DNA of 64,000 nt from Candidatus Heimdallarchaeota archaeon (GTDB taxonomy: Archaea; Asgardarchaeota; Heimdallarchaeia; Heimdallarchaeales; Heimdallarchaeaceae), in the NCBI GenBank assembly GCA_016840095.1, contig JAEOSZ010000011.1:27506-91505 (forward strand), in the 5' to 3' direction. Both the position numbers and the translations under genes were made by a program. Shown here piece after piece: positions 41,234 through 50,402 of the stretch (its first letter is position 1; the number at the start of each line of letters is the position of its first letter). The notes below the pieces were generated by a model that saw only the letters and a program-made list of their open reading frames with translations, did no database searches and was not told the origin of the DNA.

Positions 41234-42769
41234 ATGAAAAGTAAACACTTCATTAGCATTGGTATTCTAATTCTTTTTACTTCAGTGATAAGTAATCAAG
41301 TTTCTGGAAACACATTGTTTTTGACTGAGTTAACATCACATACTGAAATTCAAAGCACAACTCTAGATTTTGAGAATGTCGTTTTCATAACCTGGGATGG
41401 AACTAATTATAAGGCTCTTGAAGATTTGATTAATGATGGAACTCTAGTCAACACAAAGAGAGTTGATGACGTAGGTTATAGACAAACTGTAAGAATTTCT
41501 TCACATTTAACTAGCACAGGAGCTGGTTTAGCTTGTTCAGAAACAGGTTATGGTCCAGAACATAATCTAATACCTTATAACATGTTTGGTGCTCCAGAAG
41601 AAGACAAAGTATCTATTCCAGATGGTATGACTGTTGGAGAAAAACTGAAAAATGTTTATGGAGATGATATCACAAACATTTTTGTTTTTTCTTGGCAAAC
41701 AGGAGAAATGGATTTGACTTACATTAATCAAAATCCGATGATAGATCCAATTTATGACAATATGAAAGAAGATTTCGATGTATATTTTGCTTCTGAAAGC
41801 CTAAACTGGACTCCCAGTGATCCAGAAGCAAGAGATGCTACATTTCATGGTTTCTATGAAGATGTTCAGAAATATCAATCTCCTGTAATGAGAGCTGAAT
41901 TTCTTGGAAACAAAGCTGCAGATTTTCTTGCTAATAATGTGACAACTGATAGGTTTTTCCTACGAATACATCTAACAGAACCTGATCAAGCCGGTCATGG
42001 ATATGGTGTAAGAGATACTTCAACAGGAGAGTATACGCCAGAATACAGGCAATCTTTGATAGACTGTGATATTGCCACAGGAATGATTTTAGATGAGCTT
42101 GAAAATATGGATGTATTGAATGAAACCTTAATTATTATAGGGGCTGATCATGGTATGTATCATCGAAGTCATGATGGTGGAGTTTGGCCAGTTAATCACC
42201 CAGAAATAACTTCTATGACATTTATAATCAATGATGATGCTGTACAACATCCTACAGGTCTTCCTGTATATCAAAGGGATGTGGTCCCAACTATCTTAGC
42301 TTCCATGGGTATTAATACTGCAGTCTTCTCACCTTCATATGACGGTGGAGACCAAGAAGGACAACCATTCTGGGAAAGAACAGATACTGTTGATCCTATT
42401 ATTTACAGTGCTAGTTATCAATTCCTTGGACAAGCTTGGACGGATTTTACTACAGATACAAAGCTAACCGAAACTTTCAACCTCTCCTTGATAACCTTTG
42501 ATTGGGATAATACCTTGAATGGTGTTCTAGAAGTTGATGATCTTGTTATCGAATCTGATTATTCTAGATGGGAAAGAGTAAACTTCTTCAATATTGATGT
42601 TGAAGATTTCAAATCAGGCAAGAGTACATTCCACTTTACAGTAACAGATTCGTCTGGAAATTCAAGTACATTCGATCTTGTAGCTAAGGTTTCTGCACCG
42701 ATTTGGTTCTCAATAATAGGTGTTCTTGTCGTTAGTTCTTACATAGTAGTAAAACGAAGAAGGAAATAA
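41234..42769 (+). CDS. Secreted alkaline-phosphatase-superfamily enzyme (NPP/phosphodiesterase-like)
   Basis: FITWDG, HLTEPDQAGHGYG, IIIGADHG, DVVPTIL; signal peptide and C-terminal anchor. Confidence 0.85.
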   Translation: MKSKHFISIGILILFTSVISNQVSGNTLFLTELTSHTEIQSTTLDFENVVFITWDGTNYKALEDLINDGTLVNTKRVDDVGYRQTVRISSHLTSTGAGLACSETGYGPEHNLIPYNMFGAPEEDKVSIPDGMTVGEKLKNVYGDDITNIFVFSWQTGEMDLTYINQNPMIDPIYDNMKEDFDVYFASESLNWTPSDPEARDATFHGFYEDVQKYQSPVMRAEFLGNKAADFLANNVTTDRFFLRIHLTEPDQAGHGYGVRDTSTGEYTPEYRQSLIDCDIATGMILDELENMDVLNETLIIIGADHGMYHRSHDGGVWPVNHPEITSMTFIINDDAVQHPTGLPVYQRDVVPTILASMGINTAVFSPSYDGGDQEGQPFWERTDTVDPIIYSASYQFLGQAWTDFTTDTKLTETFNLSLITFDWDNTLNGVLEVDDLVIESDYSRWERVNFFNIDVEDFKSGKSTFHFTVTDSSGNSSTFDLVAKVSAPIWFSIIGVLVVSSYIVVKRRRK

Positions 42770-42789
42770 CCTTCTATTCCCTTTTTTTC

Positions 42790-44391
42790 TTAATGAAAAT
42801 TGACTTTTTTCTGTTCATACCCAATTCTATTACCATTATCGTCTTGGAATATAAACTCAATAAAAGTTGGTCCTAGGAAATTAGTTGCAGGAATTTCCAC
42901 CATTTTTGGTTCATGAGAGTTAGATTCTAAAACCATAGGATAGAGGTGGTTTGTATATAGTCCCCCTCTTGAAAAAGAGACTCGTAGTGTCCCTATAATT
43001 CCCTCCTCATTTCTATTGTAAAGATGAACGGGAATGCTAAATGGTTTATGAATAGGTGCAGAATCTGGTGCTGTTACTCTGATTTCAATGCTTTTATCCT
43101 GTTTATCTAAATCTAAGTCTGGGAATGAAAACTTCCAGTTGATTTCTTCAAAAAATGTAGGCATTGATTTAGCATTATCTGTTTTTCTAATGCTCTTCCT
43201 ACCCTCAATAATGCCTTTATCCCATTTTACTTCTTTATGAGCATGTATAGACACATCGTGCTCTTTCATGTCATCATAACTGTATCGTACTTCTCGGATG
43301 TTCGAATTACCTAAAGTGTTTCCTCTCTGTAAGAGTATGCAATTTGGACTTCTGTATAGATATCTAAAATCATGCTGCAGAGTAGGATCAATAGGGAACC
43401 AAACACCATTCACAAAAAATTCTGCTTGTGAATGATGTACCCATCCTTCATGCTCACTAAGAATAATACTGGTTGTCAATCTTGCAGGAACATTTGCTGC
43501 TCTGCATAAACTAACAAAAAGAGCTGAAAACTCTGTACAATCACCTAGTTTGTTTTCTATTGCATAAGTAGCTCCATAATCTCCATCTTGAGGTACATAA
43601 GTGAGATTCTCTTTTACATATTTTAGGAAAGCCAAAACTTTGCTGAGAGGTGAATGAGAAGCATATCTTCTAGCAACATTGGAGATGTCTCTATTTGATG
43701 AATCCAGAAAAGGTTCAGGTTTTGTATATCTCTGAAATACATCAGGATAAAGCTTCTCAATATTTTCTTCCTCCCCTCTAATGCGCGTGACATCGTAAGC
43801 AACTAATCTTGTAATCAAATCTGCTTTATATGCTAGAGTAATTTTTTCTTTTGGATTAATTTGGTGGAAATAAAATCTTAACCATCTATTTCCTTCATTA
43901 TCTGTTATCAGTTTTGTCGGTTTAAAATTACTTTCAACACTCAATACCTGTTGAATTGGAGATATTGAAGGTGGGATCATTAAATCAAGAATAAAGTTGT
44001 TTAATGGGAAGTTGTTAGGGTTTGTAAGTTGAACTCCATTGAAGAGAACCCAACGATAAATCAAGTGTTTATTTGTTCGAATATTCACTTTTTCCCTTCT
44101 TTTATAGTCCCCTTCAATTTGTAGGAAATATGTACCGGAAAATAAATCAGGCGTTATTGGAAAAGAATAGATTTGCTGTAAACCAGTTTCTTCTAATCTA
44201 ACTTGATCTGAATCAATAATTGTACCTATTGGAGAAATCAGTAATATGTGTAATTTCTGATGTGTTCTACTTCCAACAAATGGTATGTCTTCCTGTTTTC
44301 CTGAGATTAAAATAATGTCACCTATTTCTGCTGCTAAATCACTAGATAAGGGTCGAGTCTTATTTTGTTTAACATGAACAATATTAATCAT
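42790..44391 (-). CDS. Transglutaminase-like domain protein
   Basis: GDCTEFSALFVSLCRAANVPAR...HSQAEFF...WFPIDPT Cys-His-Asp triad. Confidence 0.88.
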   Translation of the reverse strand: MINIVHVKQNKTRPLSSDLAAEIGDIILISGKQEDIPFVGSRTHQKLHILLISPIGTIIDSDQVRLEETGLQQIYSFPITPDLFSGTYFLQIEGDYKRREKVNIRTNKHLIYRWVLFNGVQLTNPNNFPLNNFILDLMIPPSISPIQQVLSVESNFKPTKLITDNEGNRWLRFYFHQINPKEKITLAYKADLITRLVAYDVTRIRGEEENIEKLYPDVFQRYTKPEPFLDSSNRDISNVARRYASHSPLSKVLAFLKYVKENLTYVPQDGDYGATYAIENKLGDCTEFSALFVSLCRAANVPARLTTSIILSEHEGWVHHSQAEFFVNGVWFPIDPTLQHDFRYLYRSPNCILLQRGNTLGNSNIREVRYSYDDMKEHDVSIHAHKEVKWDKGIIEGRKSIRKTDNAKSMPTFFEEINWKFSFPDLDLDKQDKSIEIRVTAPDSAPIHKPFSIPVHLYNRNEEGIIGTLRVSFSRGGLYTNHLYPMVLESNSHEPKMVEIPATNFLGPTFIEFIFQDDNGNRIGYEQKKVNFH

Positions 44392-44489
44392 GTGATAACC
44401 ACTAGCTCAAGTAATGCAGATAGGTGAAGAAGTATATTATTTATACTATTTTCTGCATTCAAAATAACCTAAAAATTTAATTTAAATAT

Positions 44490-44643
44490 ACGTATTATTG
44501 TCGGAGTGTCTGTAGTAACTGTATTTGGTAATTCATAAAATCATTCCAATTATTGAAATAAATTCGAATCTGGAGGTTTTTAACTTTTTAACGTATTTTT
44601 GTCGGTAAAGTCGATTCAATTCATTTAGCAGAAAAGTTTAATT
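44490..44643 (+). promoter_or_regulatory. Twice-repeated ACGTATTWTTGTCGG motif plus BRE/TATA-like element
   Basis: Copies at 44490-44504 and 44591-44605 (14/15 identical); AAAAGTTTAATT just upstream of the 44691 gene. Confidence 0.45.
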
Positions 44644-44690
44644 AGGAGTAAATTTCTATATTAGGTGCACTTACGTGCACGGTGAAATAA

Positions 44691-45776
44691 ATGAAAAGAA
44701 AATATATTTTCAGTTTAATTCTAATTGTGGGAATGATTGCTGGTATGACACAAACACAATCATTACTGATTTATGACAATCCCCTACAATTCGGAGGTAA
44801 CAAAATAGCTTTTGATATCTCTCATGGTGGTTATCATACAACAGAAGCTGATCTAGCTCCCATTATCGGAAACTTAACTGCCGCAGGTAACGAAGTTATC
44901 TACATTAATGATACATGGTCAATTACTGATGACATTGATGCTATATTCTTCACACAACCTGACGACAACTATACAGTTGCTGAATTAGCAGATATTGTAG
45001 CCTGGTTTGAACTAGGAGATAAATTCATGTGGGTATCTGGAGATTCAGATTATGGTGGTTTCTTCAATCCATGGGCAGGCAATGGCATTCTTGATGCTAT
45101 TGGATCAATTGCAAGACTTGATGGAACTTCAATTGAAGATCCAGAAAACAGTGATGGTTCTGCTTATCGTGCTGCCGCAACCGAAGTTGGTTATGGTGAC
45201 CCATTGTATGATACAATGGCTGAAGCACTTGCAGGTGATGCTGATACTGGAATGACTATTCCAGCAGGTGTTATCTTCCATGGACCATGTGCTATTGTAG
45301 CATATGACGGAACATACTATAAAGATCTTAGATATGGTGAATCCGTATTCCCAGAAAGAGTAAATGTAATCTTAACATACAGTGAAGATGCAATTTCCCT
45401 TGACTCCGATGTTAGTGATGGATGGGGAGCAAACAACACTGCAGGTGAATACAGTATCGATTTATATGCAAACGTAACAGGAGACATCTTTGATACTGGT
45501 CTATATCCAGCACTTGTACATGAAAAATTCAGTGAACACAGCAGCAACTTAATGGTTTCTGGTGAAGCTATTTATACATACTACAAATTCATGTATAACC
45601 AAATAACAGAAAATGGTGTATATAACGATGGATTACACTATGGTCAATGGTTAGTCAATAACATCCTAAACTACTTCTTAGTAGACAAAGGAGTACCAGA
45701 AGAAACATCCGCATTCTATCTTATTCCATTAGCTGCTATTGGTGTAATTTACGCAATATCCCGCAGAAAGAAATAA
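44691..45776 (+). CDS. Secreted GATase1-like/GIFT (DUF4350-type) surface protein
   Basis: Signal peptide, KIAFDISHG, C-terminal TM plus RRKK, GGTGA SD, T-tract terminator. Confidence 0.65.
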   Translation: MKRKYIFSLILIVGMIAGMTQTQSLLIYDNPLQFGGNKIAFDISHGGYHTTEADLAPIIGNLTAAGNEVIYINDTWSITDDIDAIFFTQPDDNYTVAELADIVAWFELGDKFMWVSGDSDYGGFFNPWAGNGILDAIGSIARLDGTSIEDPENSDGSAYRAAATEVGYGDPLYDTMAEALAGDADTGMTIPAGVIFHGPCAIVAYDGTYYKDLRYGESVFPERVNVILTYSEDAISLDSDVSDGWGANNTAGEYSIDLYANVTGDIFDTGLYPALVHEKFSEHSSNLMVSGEAIYTYYKFMYNQITENGVYNDGLHYGQWLVNNILNYFLVDKGVPEETSAFYLIPLAAIGVIYAISRRKK

Positions 45777-45901
45777 AACATTTCTTTTCTTTTTTCTTTT
45801 TCTTTTAGGTCATTAAAAATACGATATTTGATTCACATTTTTTATCTAAATTGTTAAATAACTTCTAAAGAATTCAATAGTGCAGAAGAAGTGAGAAACC
45901 T

Positions 45902-46315
45902 ATGGTGATAATATGGGGTTATACACCTTCAGAAACTCTTAGTAATAATAAAATTGTTGGAGAAGGAATAAGTGAGATTAAACAAATGTTTTCTGCTTTA
46001 CTTTTCAAAACAGGAGTCAAGGGCTTTGCAGTGAAATTAGAGGAAATCTCCCCCCTATCACAAGTTAAGTTAGCTTTGGTAATAGACTCTCAACCAATAT
46101 CTGAAACTACAATCTCTCCAGAAAAAGCAGGAGAGTTTTCATTTGACTTGGATGAGCTAGTAATTCCAAAAACAAAAATAGAAGTTGTATTAATTGTTTT
46201 GAAAGGATTTATCGAAGTTTCTATCTCTTCAATTGGAACTGGGATGGGTTTTCAAAAAGTTGATAATGAATTTGTTCCAACAAATCATTTAGCATTAGGA
46301 GTGGTTATACCTTAA
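45902..46315 (+). CDS. Hypothetical beta-rich protein
   Basis: 137-aa ORF; no recognised motif. Confidence 0.55.
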   Translation: MVIIWGYTPSETLSNNKIVGEGISEIKQMFSALLFKTGVKGFAVKLEEISPLSQVKLALVIDSQPISETTISPEKAGEFSFDLDELVIPKTKIEVVLIVLKGFIEVSISSIGTGMGFQKVDNEFVPTNHLALGVVIP

Positions 46316-46830
46316 TATTCAAGCTTCTTTCTCATGGAAAGTAATTTTACAGAATAACCTAATTTTTCGTAGAATTCTACTCCAGGTTCGTTAAGGAGGT
46401 GCACATATAGACTTAATTCATCAGCTTGATTTTCTCTGGCAAAATCTTTCTCAAATTTTTCCATCAATTTAGATCCTATTCCAAGTCTTCGAAAATCTTC
46501 ATCTACTGCTATATCAGAAATATGCGCAATAACTCGTTTCTTAAAGAAACCTGAATGTTTCTTAGTATAACCAAATAAGAACCCAATAATCTTGTCATCA
46601 GATCTAGCAACATAAACAATTTGAGATGGTTCATAAAGTGCTTTAGAGACCATGAAGCTGAAGTTGGTCTTACCATCTTTATCAAGGGTAAAATCCTCGT
46701 CAAAATTAGCATGCCATTCAATGGTCTTTACCCAAATTTGAACAATATCCTTTATGTCTCCTTTTTCAGCTTTAGATATATGTATATCTGGCAAATCTTC
46801 TTTCACTGAGTTCATTAGATTGTTATACAC
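46312..46830 (-). CDS. GNAT N-acetyltransferase
   Basis: IAVDEDFRRLGIGSKLM and NEPGVEFYEKLGY. Confidence 0.92.
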   Translation of the reverse strand: MYNNLMNSVKEDLPDIHISKAEKGDIKDIVQIWVKTIEWHANFDEDFTLDKDGKTNFSFMVSKALYEPSQIVYVARSDDKIIGFLFGYTKKHSGFFKKRVIAHISDIAVDEDFRRLGIGSKLMEKFEKDFARENQADELSLYVHLLNEPGVEFYEKLGYSVKLLSMRKKLEY

Positions 46831-46911
46831 CTACTAGTTTCTATGTTTTACTGTATGTTATAACTACTAGTTGAGATTTATTATTAGTGAAAAATCTTTT
46901 TATTATTCATT

Positions 46912-48189
46912 TTGTTACTTGAAATTGTTCTTATGTTAGCTAATAATCCTTCGAAACAGACTAAACATGTTGAAAGAGATTTTTCGAATATCTCGAAGTA
47001 TAAAGAAAAAAAGTCTATAAGAGATTTAGATGTTAGAAACAAACAGATATTGGTTCGTGTTGATTACAATGTACCTCTAGACGAATTCGGTAGAATTACT
47101 GATTCTAGGAGAATAGAGAATACTTTACCCACATTAAATTATCTTTTAGACCAGAACTGCAGTATTGTGTTAATCTCTCATCTTGGTAGACCTGGAGGTA
47201 AGATTGTAGAATCTTTAAGGATGAATCCTGTACATGAAAAACTACAAGAACTCTTTCCGGAAATAAACATTCTAAAAGCAGATGATTGCATTGGTGAGGA
47301 AGTTCAAAAGTTAGCTGAGAATCTAAAAGAAAGAGAAATACTCCTTTTAGAAAATCCTAGATTCTATATTGAAGAGAAGAAAAATGATTTAGTTTTTGCA
47401 GAGAAATTATCCAAATTAGCTGATGTATATGTTGATGATGCTTTTGCAACAGCTCACAGAAAACAAGCTTCTACTCATGGTGTGTGTGCTTTCATTAAAG
47501 AGAAAGGTTATGGTTTTTTAGTTGAAAAAGAATTAGAGTTTTTATCATCTTGCATTAAGAATCCTAAAAGACCTTTTACTGTTATACTGGGAGGAAAAAA
47601 GGTTGAAGATAAACTTGCAGTAATCAAATATCTTGTAGATTTAGCTGATAATATTATTATTGGAGGTGGTATGGTTTTTACTTTTCTACTGGCAAATGGA
47701 AACCAAATTGGTAAATCTGTTGCAGACCTATCCAAAGTTGAAGTGATCAAAGGTCTTATTAGAGATGATACTCATTCAACACGAATCTATGTTCCACTAG
47801 ATGTTATTGTCTGTGATGAAATTGAAAATCCAAAAATAATAAAAACTGTTCCAATTGATCAGATAGGAGAAAATGACATAGGTGTTGATATTGGTCCAGC
47901 TACTATTGTTTCAATAAAGAACATCTTAGCAGAATCTAAGCAAGTTATTTGGAATGGTCCAATGGGTGTTTTTGAGAAAAAAGAATTTGAAAAAGGCACT
48001 AAAGAGATTGCTGAATTTTTAGTTAATAATCAAATTTTCACTATAATCGGAGGAGGAGATAGTGCAGCAGCTATTGAGAAATTCAACCTTGAAGATGGTG
48101 TATCATTTATATCTACCGGAGGAGGAGCTAGTCTGGAAATTATGAGGGGTGCTTTACTTCCTGCTATTGATTGCTTGTCAGATAAATAG
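46912..48189 (+). CDS. pgk: Phosphoglycerate kinase
   Basis: VRVDYNVP, SHLGRP, LLENPRF, DAFATAHR, WNGPMGVFE, GGGDS, STGGGASLE. Confidence 0.96.
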   Translation: MLLEIVLMLANNPSKQTKHVERDFSNISKYKEKKSIRDLDVRNKQILVRVDYNVPLDEFGRITDSRRIENTLPTLNYLLDQNCSIVLISHLGRPGGKIVESLRMNPVHEKLQELFPEINILKADDCIGEEVQKLAENLKEREILLLENPRFYIEEKKNDLVFAEKLSKLADVYVDDAFATAHRKQASTHGVCAFIKEKGYGFLVEKELEFLSSCIKNPKRPFTVILGGKKVEDKLAVIKYLVDLADNIIIGGGMVFTFLLANGNQIGKSVADLSKVEVIKGLIRDDTHSTRIYVPLDVIVCDEIENPKIIKTVPIDQIGENDIGVDIGPATIVSIKNILAESKQVIWNGPMGVFEKKEFEKGTKEIAEFLVNNQIFTIIGGGDSAAAIEKFNLEDGVSFISTGGGASLEIMRGALLPAIDCLSDK

Positions 48190-49755
48190 CTAAAACATCC
48201 AAATGAAATAAAGCAACAGAGATACTATTGCTCCAACTACTATACTAAATAGATTTACAACATCATTTCTTAGCCATTTAACACCTGAATAGTGTTCTGT
48301 AGGTTCATTACAGTGTTCATTCTTTTCTGTGATTTTTTCGCAAACATTACACTTGTTAAGTTTCTGAATTGTGCAGGCAAAAATACTATCAAAATATGAT
48401 CCTATGAAACCACCTATAACTACTGGAATAACAAAACCCCACATTGTTAGTGGAAAAACTGCATAGTTGTCTACAAAGCTGAAACCAAAACCTATGAAAG
48501 CTATAATCACTGCACCTAAAGTTGAAGCTAATAATCCGAGAATTGATACTGCTCCAGGTGTTCCTTGATCAACTTTAATCCACGGTTTAAATGACAATCT
48601 AGGTTTAAATTTTGATAAAGCCCCAATTTCGGTACCAAGAGTATCAGCTAAACTAACAGCTATTGCTCCACCTGCAATAACTGTAATGATTGGTTCTCTG
48701 AATAATATGATTAAGAATGCTAAGATTGCTGGAATCACGCTATTAACCATAGCTTGAACACTATCTCTTCGAGTGTCACCTTTTTCAAATTCTTGACTTA
48801 TAGATTTCTTTTTGTTTTTTCCAAGAAATGTTGTAAGACTTCCTAGAATAAAGAAAGCAACATACATAATTCCCCAAACCCAAGATCCAAGACCAAGAAT
48901 TACTAAACCAAAATATAGTCCTGCAATAGCTCCATCCCAAGTAAGTGCTTTCAGAATAATTCCAGCTACTGCTAGAAACAAACCTATTGCTGCTCCTGTT
49001 ATTATTGCATTGTTTGATAAAGAGGAAACAAAAGAAAATGATGTAGTAGACAATATAAACAATACAATTGCATTTGCTGCTGGAACTGCAATATTATCAA
49101 AACCTTTAGGAGTCATTGCTTCTACAAAAGCTGTTACAAAACCTGTTATCAATCCTAGATAAACAGATAATGCAACTGGTTGTGATAAGATCAAACAACT
49201 TATTGTAACAGCTCCGAAAGAAGCAAATGCTGCAGCCCAACTTCCGAGAAGTGTTTTTGTTCCTCCAAAGATTTTGTAAGCTTTATCATTTCCAAACTTA
49301 GAACCAACTACTGCACTTATACCATCACCCCACACCAATGGCATAAATGAGCCAAAAAGGATGATATTTGATGGATTTGTTTTATCTGGATTGAAAAATA
49401 AAATTACTAAAACTGTTAACGAAATTGCATAGAACACAGTTCCGTAAGTATGCCCTTCTTCTACACCTTTAAGTCTAAATTTCTTAATTGGAGAGCCAGG
49501 GCATGTGAAATAGGTAAATGGTATAAAAAATACTGGACCTATCATTGCGAACCAGATATTGCTAAAAACAAAAGGGAATAGTAGAACAACATTACCTACT
49601 GAAAGATGAACAATCTTTCTCGATGTACCTCCAGATACTTTATCTTTTCTTCTTAGAATTTCAGCGATAAATAGTGTAAGTAGAACAAAAACAAATAATG
49701 CTGCTAAGCCAATGATGTCAGACATTTCTATTTTGGTAGGCAATGAGAAATCCAA
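48190..49755 (-). CDS. Phytol/dolichol kinase-like (CTP_transf_1) domain fused to a DUF92 (TMEM19/VTE6-like) domain
   Basis: RKIVHL, WGDGISAVVG, KTLLGS, DNIAVP, then RDSVQAMVN, ADTLGTEIG, GTPGAVSILG, NDVVN. Confidence 0.85.
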   Translation of the reverse strand: MDFSLPTKIEMSDIIGLAALFVFVLLTLFIAEILRRKDKVSGGTSRKIVHLSVGNVVLLFPFVFSNIWFAMIGPVFFIPFTYFTCPGSPIKKFRLKGVEEGHTYGTVFYAISLTVLVILFFNPDKTNPSNIILFGSFMPLVWGDGISAVVGSKFGNDKAYKIFGGTKTLLGSWAAAFASFGAVTISCLILSQPVALSVYLGLITGFVTAFVEAMTPKGFDNIAVPAANAIVLFILSTTSFSFVSSLSNNAIITGAAIGLFLAVAGIILKALTWDGAIAGLYFGLVILGLGSWVWGIMYVAFFILGSLTTFLGKNKKKSISQEFEKGDTRRDSVQAMVNSVIPAILAFLIILFREPIITVIAGGAIAVSLADTLGTEIGALSKFKPRLSFKPWIKVDQGTPGAVSILGLLASTLGAVIIAFIGFGFSFVDNYAVFPLTMWGFVIPVVIGGFIGSYFDSIFACTIQKLNKCNVCEKITEKNEHCNEPTEHYSGVKWLRNDVVNLFSIVVGAIVSLLLYFIWMF

Positions 49756-49811
49756 TTCTAGTTCCTCTTTAAATTCACAATTACATCAGAGAAGGAAGGT
49801 CATTAAAAAAC

Positions 49812-50402
49812 CTACTGCTCACTAAATGCATCACCTTTATTGAAACTCTCTACAGCTTTAGCTCTATCAACAGCATCAACCATTCCATCACATCTGGGGT
49901 GATAAAATTGATCACATTTGCGACATACTTGTTCATTTTTTCTATTTCTATATCGCGTAAAGTAAGCTCTACTAGAGAAGTAAAGAGCAATAGTTACGAG
50001 GATAACCACAAAAGCCCACCAATTCATTGCTTGAGCAAGTGTGACAATTGAGAGAATTACTGATAAACCAGCAGCAATCATTGCTATTCCAAGAAAGAAA
50101 CGGCTAACATCCTTTATCAAACGTGGGGGGTCAAGAAATGCACTTATTGGAGTAAAAATAAACAATACTAGCATAGCTGTAAAAACCATCCAAAATGTAA
50201 CTTTGAGAACAAAAACCATAATTGGAGCTAAGATTAAACCAGCAATCATTCCACTATAAAGATTAACACAACCTCTACAAACTTTTTGACCTTTTATTAC
50301 ATACATGTGGTCATCAAAATTTTTACATAATGGATGATGAGCTAACCTATAAGGGGAAAGCATCCACTTTTCACGCTTAGTCATCCTTTTTCTCTCTTTC
50401 AT
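49812..50402 (-). CDS. DUF2085-like membrane protein
   Basis: HHPLC...VCRGCVNLYSG, four TM helices, C-terminal CRKC...C. Confidence 0.6.
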   Translation of the reverse strand: MKERKRMTKREKWMLSPYRLAHHPLCKNFDDHMYVIKGQKVCRGCVNLYSGMIAGLILAPIMVFVLKVTFWMVFTAMLVLFIFTPISAFLDPPRLIKDVSRFFLGIAMIAAGLSVILSIVTLAQAMNWWAFVVILVTIALYFSSRAYFTRYRNRKNEQVCRKCDQFYHPRCDGMVDAVDRAKAVESFNKGDAFSEQ

